From contig CAWFDJ010000032.1 of assembly GCA_963814495.1 (NCBI GenBank), positions 1,259-65,258 on the forward strand: a stretch of 64,000 nt of DNA. The letters run 5' to 3'. Both the position numbers and the translations under genes were made by a program. Positions 10,597 to 20,667 of the stretch are shown in pieces. Origin of the DNA: an uncultured bacterium. GTDB lineage: Bacteria > Actinomycetota > Geothermincolia > Geothermincolales > Geothermincolaceae. The notes below the pieces were generated by a model. It saw only the letters and a program-made list of their open reading frames with translations. It was not told the DNA's origin and ran no database searches. Within the stretch, counting starts at the first letter, position 1; the number at the start of each line of letters is the position of its first letter.

Positions 10597-13500
10597 CTAC
10601 GGGAACGGGGGCTGGGCCGGTGGGATGTACACCGCCGCCTGCTCGATCTTGATGGTCAGGCCGGCGGGCAGGCCGAGGGAGGTCTTGTAGGCGTAAGCCC
10701 TCGTCCACAGGTCGCCGGTGAATCCGCTCTGGGTGGCGTTGACGATGTTGGCCACCGTGTAGGGGTTGAGGTAGGCGATGAGGTTGGCCAGGTTCTGCCG
10801 GCCCGCCGCGCTCAAGGCGTTGAGGGCCTGGGCCACGTAGGTCCCGTCCAGCGAGTTGAGCAGCTCCAAAAGGAAGTTGTAGCCGTAGTTGGAAAGGGTG
10901 TCGGCCAGGGTCGCGCCGTTCATCTGGGGCAGCAGGCGCTCGATGAAGGAAGAACCCGGGTGCATGGCGTACTCCTGGTTCACCGCGTTGGCGATGACCG
11001 AGCCGCTCAGGTTGGAGATGAGGCCCGAAAGGAAAGGCGGCGTTGTCGTTGATGGCCGAGGCCAGCATGCCCACGTCCAGGTTCTTGATCAAGGTATCGG
11101 TCATGCCGGGGTTGTTGTTCATGGCCTGGGCCATGACCGCGGCGGTGTTCGCGTTCAATTGGGCCACCGCCGTCTGCAGCATCTGCTGCGAGGCGGTGTT
11201 GGCGTTGAGGCCGGCCGCCAGCACGATGGCGGTGGAGGGGCTCAAGCCGTTGATGACGTTGGAGATCAGCGCGGTGTTGTTGTTGATGCCCGCGGCCGAG
11301 GCGTAGGCGACGCTGGTGGACAGGTTGGCCAGCAGCTTCTGGAGGAACCCCTTGCCGGCGGCGCAGTTGGCGTTGACGGCCTGGGCCAGGGTGACCGCCG
11401 TGTCGGAGGTGATGTTCTCGATGAGCACCCGGACGAAGTCGGGGTTGGCGTTGACGCCCACCGCCATGCGCGCCCCGGCGTTGGCGCCCATGTTCACTAA
11501 AAGCCCGATGAGCAGGTTGTTGTCGGGCATGGCCGCCACGTTGGCGTTGATGCCGGCGGCCAGCGCCTGGACGGTGGGGACGCTCAAGTTGGCCACCACC
11601 ACCGACAGCAGGTCCTGCCCCGGCGGGCTGGGTGTCCACGTTCAGATTGATGCCGTCCGCCAGGGCCGCGGCCGTGGCCGAGGAGGCGTTCTCGAGCATC
11701 CCGGTTAAGAAGGGGCCGTTGGCGTTGATGGCCCCGGCCAGCACCCCCGCGTCCAGGCGGGCGACGAGGTTGGAGATGAACTCGCGGCCGCTGGTGTAGT
11801 TGTCGGTCAGGCCTTCCGCGGCCGCCTGGCCGATGGCGCCGTCCAGGTTGGCCACCAGGTCACGCACGAAGGCGGGGTCGGAGTTGACGGCCTGGGCCAC
11901 CACCGAGCCCGAGAGGTTGTTGAGCATACCCAAAAGGAAGTCCGAGGTCGCCCCGGCGCCCATCGCGGTGCCGATGTCGGCGGGCAGCTGGGAAAGGAGC
12001 GACTGGATCCAGGCGGCGTTGGCGTTCAAGGCTCCCGCCACCACCGCCGGGTCGAGGCCTTCCATCAGGGCCACGGTGAAGTCGGGCCGGGTGTTCATGG
12101 CGCCGACAGCCGCGCTCACCACCGGCGCTCCGATGTTCAAGACCAGGTTGTAGAGGAAGGTGCCGTTGGCGTTTACGGCTCCCGCCACCACCGAGGGGTC
12201 GAGGCTTGAGATCAGGGCGTCCAGGAAGGCGGGGTTCTGGTTGGTGCCGGCCGCCATGGCCGCAGCCACGTCGCGGCTCAAGCCCGCGGCCAGGTCGGTC
12301 ACCAGGCCCAGGTTGCCCCGGAGCGAGTTGACCACGATGCCCGCGTTCAGGTTGGTGAGCATGGCCGCAAGGAACGCCCCGTTCAGGTTGATGCCTGAGG
12401 CGATGGCCTGGCCCGCCCCGGGCGAGAGGTTGCGGGAGAGGACGCCCGCCATGGCCGGGTTGGCGTTGATGGCGTCGGTCAGGACAGCCGGGTCGAGGTG
12501 GTTGAGCATGGCCACCACCAGGTCGGGGTTGTTGCCCACCCCGGCGGCGATGCCCGCGCCCGCGTCCGGGCTCAGCTGCAGCATCATCTCGTGGGCCAGG
12601 GTCATGGCTTCTGAGGAGTTGACGATCAGGGCCAGGGTGGCCACGTCGGCGTCGTTGTCCAGCGCGCCCAAGATGCGCGAGAGCATGGCCTGGTTGCTGA
12701 TGAGGTCGGCGGTGAAGCGCGGGTCGAGCCGCGCGGCCACGTCGGCCGCCATGTCGATGGAGGAATTGATGACATCCGAGATCATGTCCGGGTCGAGTTG
12801 GGCGATGAGCGAGTTGACGAAGACGGTGGAGGTGGCGAGGGCGGCGGCCACCGGCGCCGGGTTCATGTAGTCCATGGTGGCCCCGATGAGGGTGGAGCCG
12901 TTGACGATGTCCGCCACGAAGCCGGGTTCGATGATGGAGGCGACCATGGCCGCGGTGTCCGCGTTGGCGTTGAGCGCGCCCGCCAGCACCGCCGGGTCCA
13001 GGGAGCCCATCAGCCGGGCCAGGAAGGGCCCGTTGGCGTTGACGGCTGAAGCGATGACCGCCGGGTCGATGTAGCTCATCGAGGCGGAGAGGAAGGCCCC
13101 GTTGGCGTTGATCACGCCCGCCAGCACCCCGGGGTCGAGGTAACTGACCAGCGAGGTCAAAAAGGCCCCGTTGGCGTTGACGGCCGCGGCTGTCGCGGCG
13201 GGGTCGAGCTTGCCCATGATATCGGAAAGGAAGGGCCCGTTGGCGTTGACCACGGAGGCGATGACCGCCGGGTCCAGCCAGGAGATGAGACCTGAAAGGA
13301 AGGCCGAGTTGGCGTTGATGCCGGAGGCCAGGGCCTGTGCGTCCAGGTAGCCGATGAGCTGGGAGATGAACTTGCCGTTGCGGTTGACGATGCCGGCGAC
13401 CAACTCCGGCTTGAGCGCGCGGATCAGATCGATGGCGAAGTCGGCCGAGTTGTTGACCACCTCGGCGACGGCCTTGGGATCGAGGTAGCCGGTCATCTCG

Positions 13501-13805
13501 ATCAGGAACTCGGGGTTGTCGTTGACCACCTGGGCGATGACCTTGACCGTGCCCTCCTCCACCATGGCCGCGATCACGTCGCCTAAGAACTCGGGGTTGT
13601 CGTTGAGCGCGTCCGCCACCGCTTGCGGGCTGGTGTTGGAAAGGATGGCCCCTAAGAGTTCGGGGTCGGAGGCGACCTTGCCCAGGATGGTCCCCAGGGC
13701 GCCCTGCGCCGGCACCAGGACCAAAAGGCCCATGGCCATGGCGACAAAGACCAGCCCCACCACTATGATGTTCACCGTCATCTGGAAATTCTTATTGAGC
13801 AACAT
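10597..13805 (-). CDS. Membrane-anchored helical-repeat protein, paralogue C (~1070 aa; frameshifts at ~11610 and ~11030)
   Basis: N-terminal TM (MLLNKNFQMTVNIIVVGLVFVAMAMGLLVLVP) followed by LDPxVIAxxVNANxxFLxxL repeats continuing through ORFs 11007-13805, 10418-11602, 10597-10983. Confidence 0.8.
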
Positions 13806-13819
13806 ATGTCATCACCTCA

Positions 13820-16800
13820 TCAGGGCAGGGCGCCCGATCCCATCTCTGAAATGTACCCTTCACCCTGCAGGACTATCTGGAAAATAAAGCGTCGCTTTCA
13901 AGTAGATGCCGATACCGAAGTGGTGGAACAGCCCGTTGGGGTAGTTGGCGATGGCCGTGTTCACGGCGGTCGCGAACTGGGCGGCGCTCAGGTTGTTCAG
14001 CAGTTCGACGGTCATGGCGTATCCGTTGGCGTTGACCGACTGGGCTATGGCCTTGCCGTCGAGCCCGTTGACCAGCGTGGGCAGCAGGCCGATGAGCCCC
14101 GCGCCGGAGTTGTAGTTCAAGGCCTGTCCCACCAGGGTCCCGCTCAAGCGGGTGGGGCCGCCGATGAGCTGGTTGATGAGGTTCTGGCCGGCGGCGCTGT
14201 TCATGATGCGCCCCATCATGGCCGCGTCCAGGCTGGCCAGGTTGTTGCGGAGCATGTTCATGGGCGCCCCGTCGATGCCCGCGTTGACGGCCGCTCCCAG
14301 GGCGGCCGCGTCCAGGGAGCCGATGAGCGTGCTCAGGATGTTGTTGGGGTTGTCGTTCAAGGCGTCGGCTATGGCCACCGCCGTGTGCGACTGGATGCCG
14401 GTCATGGTGATGTACAAAGGCGAGGGCGAGCCCACGGCCATGCCGTTGATGCCTCTGCCCAGGGCGCGTCCGGTGTCCGAGTTCAAGTTGCCGAGCAGGT
14501 TGGTCAGGAACCCGGGGTTCTGGGCCGCGTTCTGGTTGAGGCCGGTGGCCAGCGCGGCCGCGGTGGCGGGCGAGAGGTTCTCGATGAGCAGGCGCATGAA
14601 ATCGGGGTTGGTGGTGGCCGCCTGGTTGGCCGCCTGGGCCATGGAGATGCCCGCGTTGCCGTCCAGGTTGGTGATGACGTTGGTGAGCAGGTTGGGATTG
14701 ACATCCAGCGCCCCGGCTATCACCTGGGCCAGGGCCGGGTCGAGGTTGGAGATGAGCGCCGGCATCAGGTCGTTGTTCAGGTTCATGCCCTGGGCCATGG
14801 CCGCGCCGGTCACGTCGGAAAGCTGGGAGATGAGGGCCTGGATGAAGCCGGGGTTGGCGTTCAAGGCCTGCGCCACCGCCTGGGCTACGCCGGCGTCGAG
14901 GTTGGCCACCAGGTCGCGGGCGAGGGTCGGGTTGACGTCCAGGGCGCCGGCGATGACCGCCGGGTCGAGGTTGGCGATCAGGGTGGTCAGGAACCCCTGA
15001 GAGTTGTTGACGCCAGCCGCGATGGAGTCGGCCAGGGCCTGGTCCGCCGGGTTGGTGGTGCCCAGCAGGGCGGTTAAGTTGCGGGCCATGGTGGGGTGGT
15101 TATTGACGGCCTGAGCCAGCACCACCGGGTCCAGCCCGCCGATGACCGCGTTGAGCAGGGCCCCGTTGGCGTTGAGGCCCAGGGCCATCTGGCCGGCCGA
15201 TGCCCCGTTGACGCCCGCGATGAGCGGCTGGATCTTGGAAAACGCGAAGGGCTGGATGCCCACGGCGAGGATGTGCGTGTTCAGCGCGCCGATGAGGTTG
15301 GTAAGGAACTGCTGGTTGGAGTTGAGGCCTTCAGCCGCGGCGGTCGCCAGGCTGGTATCCAGGTAGGGCATGAGGTCCGCGGCCAGCTCGGGATGGGCGT
15401 TGATCACGCCCACCAGCATGGTCGGGCTCAAGTCATGGATCATCTGGGAAAGGAAGGCCCCGTTGGCGTTCAAGCCGGCCGCCGCCGCCGCGGCGGTGCC
15501 CGGCGTGAGGTTGGCGGTGAGCCCGGTGACGAAGGCCGCGGTCTGGTTCATGATGCTCAAGATCACCGACGAGTCCAGGCCGGCCACCATGGCGTCCAGG
15601 AACGGGGCGTTGGCATTGATGCCGGCCGCCGCAGCCGCCGCGGTCTCAGGGTGCAGCGCGGCCAGGATGCCGGTCAGGAAGGTGGTGGACTGGTTTAAGG
15701 CCCCTGCCAGCACCACCGGGTCGGAGGCCGCCACCATGGTGTTGATGAAGGCCGCGTTGTTGTTGAGGCCCTCCGCCGCCGCGGCGCCCACGTTGGCCGG
15801 TATCTGGCTGACCAGCGAGGTCAGGAAGGCCGCGTTGGCGTTGGTGGCCCCGGCGATGACCGAGGGGTCGAGCAGGCCCATCACGTCGGTCATGAAGCCC
15901 ACGTTGAGCAGGATATGCTTGATGTAGTCGATGTTCAAGTACTCGACGATGCGGGACACCGACTCGCCGTTGCCGTTCATGATGTCGGCCACCGACTGCG
16001 GGTCCATGTTGTTGACCAGGGTCAGGATGAAGGCCTCGTTGGCATTCAGGGCCGCGGCCAGCGGGGCCGGTTCCATCAGGCCCAGCATGCGGGTCAAGAT
16101 GGCCTCGTCGCTGGCGATGGCCGCGACGGACCGGGGGTCGAGGTTGTTGGCCACCGCGGTGACGAACCCCAGGTTGGCGTTTAAGGTGTCCACGATGATC
16201 TGGGGGTTGACCGCCCCCATCATGCCGGCCAGGAAGGCGCCGTTGGCGTTGATGGCCTGAGGCCAGTACTCCGGCGTCCAGCGAGCCGATGAGGCCGGAG
16301 AGGAACCGCGGGTTGGCGTTGATGATCTGGGCCGAGGACGCGGGGTCCAAGAGTCCCAGCAGGCTGGTCAAGAAGGGGCCGTTGGCGTTGACGGCCTGAG
16401 CCAGCACCGCCGGGTCGAGCGAGCCGATGAGCAGCGAGGTGAACTCGGGGTTGGCGTTCATGGCCCCCGCCAGCACGTCGGGGTTGAGGTTTGCGAGCAG
16501 GCCGGAAAGGAAGGCGCCGTTGGCGTTGACGATGCCCGCCACCACCTGGGGGTTCAAGTAGCCCATGAGGTCCGAGGTGAACTTGGGGGTGGCGTTGAGG
16601 ATGGCCGCGACCTGCTTGGCGTCGAGCGAGCTCGAGCAGGCTGTCGACGAAGGGGATGTTGGCTTCCAGGGCCAGGGCGATCACCTGGGGATTCAAGTTG
16701 TTGACCACCTCGATCACGAAGGTGGGCTTGGTGTTGACCACCAGCACCAGGTTCTGCATGCTCTCCTCGCTCGAGCCCATCTCCTTGATGAGGGCATCGA

Positions 16801-17020
16801 GGAATTCGGGGTTTTCGTTGACGGCCTGGGCCAGGGCCACCGGGTCGAGGCCGCTGATGATGCCCGAGAGCAGCTGGTTGCGGCTGGCCATCTTGCCCAG
16901 CAGGGCCCCGACGCCGGTCTTGGCGGGCGTGAGCATGACCAGGCCCATGAACATGAAGACCAGCACCAGCCCCAATACTATCAAGTTCACTACGAGCTGA
17001 ACCGGTTTTCTCAATAGCAT
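13820..17020 (-). CDS. Membrane-anchored helical-repeat protein, paralogue B (~1065 aa; frameshifted)
   Basis: N-terminus MLLRKPVQLVVNLIVLGLVLVFMFMGLVMLTP; repeats across ORFs 16220-17020, 15646-16566, 13860-16223; removing one T at ~13885 extends it to ...IFQIVLQGEGYISEMGSGALP* ending at 13820, directly before the next SD. Confidence 0.8.
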
Positions 17021-17078
17021 CTCAGCTCAACCATCCTGTCTGAACCGGTTTCCAATAGCATCTCGGCTCAACCATCCT
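16998..17078 (-). repeat. Tandem duplication (40 bp + 38 bp) of the SD/start-codon region of paralogue B
   Basis: 16998-17037 tgaaccggttttctcaatagcatctcagctcaaccatcct vs 17041-17078 tgaaccggtttccaatagcatctcggctcaaccatcct. Confidence 0.9.
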
Positions 17079-17082
17079 CTTC

Positions 17083-20000
17083 CTACCAACTCGTGTACTC
17101 TGCCGGCGGGAAGTTGGCATCCTCGCCGGAACGCATGACCCTGCACCAGACGTCCAGCCACAGAAGCCCGTAGCCGGCCACGAAGACGTGCGACGCGGCG
17201 AAGAACCACACGCACTCCAGCATGTTGTAATTGGGGACCGGGGTGTCGGGCTGATGTACCGCCATGGCCCGGTTGATAACGTCCACGATGACGTTGGCGT
17301 CCAGGTTGCCCAGGAGCGTGGTTACCATGTTGCCCGAGGAGTTGTTGACCGCTTGAGCCACCACCTGCCCGAGGTGGTTGGTGCCCGCCCTGGCCAGCAG
17401 GGCGTTCATCAGCGCCGGGTTGGCGTTCATGGCATTGGCGATGATGGTGCCGTTCAAGGTGGCGAGCAGGCTGGAGACGAAGGCCTTGCCCCCGTTGGTG
17501 GCCAGCGCGTTGTTGAGGGCGGTGGCCAGAGACGCCGGGCTGAGCTGGGCGACGAGGCTCTGCATGAAGGGCTCGTTGTTGTTCAGGGTGTTGGCCAGCA
17601 CCGTGCCGTCCAGGTTGCGCAGCAGGTTCTCCACCAGGGTGGGAGCCCCGTTGACGGCCTGGGCGATGGCGGTGGCCGCGCTTGAGTTCAGGTTGACCAG
17701 CAGCTGGTACATGAAGCCGTCGAAGTTGTAGGGCGGGGTGTTGATGGCCGCGACGATGGCGGTGGACACGTCCGTGTTCATCGCCTTGAGCATGACCTCG
17801 AGGAAGTATTCCCCTCCCCACATGGTCTGGGAGTTCTCGTTGAGTCCGGCCGCCACCGCCGTCCCGGTGGCCCCGTTGAGCTCGGGCAGAAGCGAGGTGA
17901 TCAGCGCGGTGTTGGCGTTCAAGCCAGCGGCGATGGCCGTGGCCACCCCGCCGTTGAGCCCGCTCATCAGCGAGCCCATGAAGGCCGGCGGGGCCTGGTT
18001 GAGCCCCTTGGCGATGGCCGTGCCCACCGCGGGCGACAGTCCCGCCAGCAGCGGCTCGATGATGTCGGGACGGTTGTTCAAGGCCGTGGCGATGGCCGCG
18101 CCCACGTCGCCGTCGAGCCTGGCCGCCACCTCCGTCGCCGTGGCGGGGTTGGCGTTCATGCCGGCCGCGATGGCCGCCGCGGCGGTGGGGTCGAGGTTCT
18201 CGAGCAGCCCGCCCACGAAGGCGGGGTTGTTGTTGATGGCCGAGGCGATGACCGCCGGGTTGGAGTAGAGCAGGGTGGACTTTAAGAAGGAGTCGGCCGT
18301 GACCGGCTTGGCCGCGTCGATGTTGAGGCCCTGGGCCGCCGCCGGCAGCCGTCGCGCTTGAGAGCAACGGCAGAAGCGTGCTGACCAGGTTGCCGTTACA
18401 GTTGTTGAGCGCGGCCGCCAGCACCGCGGGGTCTGAGGCCGCGAGCACCGCGTCGAGCAGGGCGGGGTTGGCGTTGATGCCGGCGGCGGCCGCGGAGCCC
18501 ACGCCGGCGCTCAAGTTCTGGATGAGCTGGCGGGTGACCGCCGCGGTGTCGTTCAAGACCCCCGCCATCACCACCGGGTCCAGGGCGGCCAGGGCGGCCA
18601 CCAGGATGCTGTGGTCGGTGTAGGTGACGGCGTTCATGTTGATGGCGTTGGCGAGCACGGTCCCCAGGGCGGGATCCAGGGCGCCCAGCAGGCCGGTGAC
18701 GAAGGCGCCGTTCTGGTTGAGCACCCCGGCCAGCACCTCCGGGTCGACGTCGGAGATCAGCTCGTCTAAGAAGGCCGCGTTGGTGTTGAGCCCGGCCGCG
18801 GCGGCGGTGGCGATGTCCGGGGTCAGCGCCGCGATGAGGGCGGTCATGAAGCTTGACGCCGGCGTCCAGGGCCGCGGCCAGGGCCGCGGGGTCCAGCGTG
18901 TTGACTAGCGCCACCAGGAAATCGGGGTTGTCGTTCATGCCCGCGGCCGCCTGCGTGGCGACGGCTGGTGAGAGGCCGGCCACCAGGTCGGTGACGAAGC
19001 CGGAGGCCTGGCTGAGCGCGTCGGCCAGCCCCACGGCGGGCAGGTTGTTGAGCAGGCCGACTAAGAAGCCGGGGTTGTTGTTGAGCGCGTCGGCGGCGCC
19101 GGCCGCGATGGTCGGGCGAAAGCAGCGGCAGCAGGCGGGAGATGAGGGTGGGGTGCTCGCCTAAGGCCCCGGCGATGGCGGCCGCGTCGATGTAGCGCAT
19201 CACGTCGGTCATCATCTGCTGGTTGTTGGCGATGGTGGCTAACAGTTGGGGGCTGAGCTGATCTTCCACCTGGTAGATGAGGGAGGGGTTGTCGTTGGCG
19301 ATGCCCGCCGCCCAGGCCGGGTCGATGGCGCCCACCAGCCCGTTGGTGAACGAGGTGTGGGCGTTCATGGTGGCGGCCAGCCAGATGGGGTCGAGCGCGC
19401 CCACCAGGGCGGTGATCCAGGCGGTGTCGTTGGCCGTCTCGGCCAGCACCCCGATCAGGAGCTCGTCCGAGAGGTTGTTGATGAGGCCCACGGCCATCTG
19501 CGAGTTGGCGTTGACGGCTCCCGCGATCACCCCGGGGTCGAGGTAGCCCAGGAGGCGGGAGAGGAAGGTGGGGTTGGCGTTGACGCCGGCTGCCAGGACG
19601 GCAGGGTCGAGCACGCTGATGAGCGAGGTGAGGAAGGGGCCGTTGGCGTTGATGACGCCGGCCACCACCGCCGTGTCCAGGAAGCCGATGAGGGCCGAGG
19701 CCATCTGCGGGTTGGCGTTGATGGCCGCTGCCAGCACCGCCGGGTCGAGCAGGCCGATAAGCGAGGCCGAGGAAGGGGCCGTTGGCGTTGATGGCGAAGG
19801 CCAGCACCGCCGGGTCCATGGCGCCCATGGAAGCGGTGAGGAAGGCCTGGTTGGAGTTGATGGCTCCCGCGATGACCTCGGGCTTGAGGTAACCGAGCAG
19901 CGCGGTGAACCAGGGCCCGTTCTCGTTGACCACCCCGGCCAGCACCTTGGGGTCTAAGTACTTCATCAGGTCGATGGCGAACGTCGTCGAGCCGGCGACC

Positions 20001-20344
20001 ACCGAGGCGATGACCTGCGGGTTGAGGTTGGCGATGAGCTGGATGAGGAACTGCGGGTTTGAGTTGACGGCCTCGGCGATCATCTTCGCGCCCTCCGGCC
20101 CGAGCTCGTCGACGATCTCCACCATCATCTCCGGGCTCTCGTTGAGCGCGGCGGCCAGGTCGGCGGGGTCGAGGTTGTCCAGCAGGGCGGAGAGGTTTCC
20201 GTTGGAGCTGATGATCTTGCCCAGCAGCGGCCCCATGGGGCTCTTGGCCGGCACCAGCATTATCCCTCCCAGCACCATGGCGGCTATCACCAGGGTGATG
20301 ACGATGATGTTGATCACCGTCTGGAAGGGTGCTCTCAAAAGCAT
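17083..20344 (-). CDS. Membrane-anchored helical-repeat protein, paralogue A (~1085 aa; frameshifted)
   Basis: N-terminus MLLRAPFQTVINIIVITLVIAAMVLGGIMLVP; repeats across ORFs 19061-20344, 18844-19737, 18396-19034, 17027-18847, 17083-18216. Confidence 0.8.
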
Positions 20345-20441
20345 CTTCTTCGCCTTCCCTTTCTCGTCTCCAATGGCTACGAGAGACCGGGTGGTGTTGC
20401 GTCTGTTGAGTAAGTAATCGTCTGTTTAGAAAGTAAACTTG

Positions 20442-20470
20442 ATTATACTATTTTCAACCATCGTCCGCAA
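20442..20470 (-). promoter_or_regulatory. Putative sigma70 promoter of the repeat-protein operon
   Basis: TTGCGG (20470-20465) N17 TATAAT (20447-20442) on the minus strand, ~100 nt upstream of the 20344 start, in an AT-rich gap. Confidence 0.65.
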
Positions 20471-20667
20471 CCGTTCTTACGCTTTTTATTCTACCCCAGC
20501 CGGCGACAGTATGGGTCATAGGACAATCGCTCCCGGCCATTTGTCACATAATATTTACACGACGGTAACATCCCCGTTACATATATCCGGGTGAACGGGC
20601 CCCGGCGGGGGTTGAGCGGTGGAATCCGGCCGTTGACTGAAGCCGTCGGACGGCTCCGACGCCGGGT

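Noticed and set aside
10597-20344. Phage tape-measure or contractile-injection-system interpretation of the Ala/Asn-rich helical proteins
   Set aside because: No tail, baseplate, capsid or integrase genes; the period is 23/26 rather than 11/22; three paralogues each have an N-terminal membrane anchor
10597-20344. Programmed frameshifting or phase variation in the repeat genes
   Set aside because: Indels occur at similar density in housekeeping genes and are not at consistent slippery or homopolymer tracts; sequencing error is simpler
20641-20661. Alternative overlapping hairpins after the S8 gene as a riboswitch
   Set aside because: Short GC-rich stems upstream of the predicted promoter, with no recognisable aptamer; at most a terminator-like hairpin
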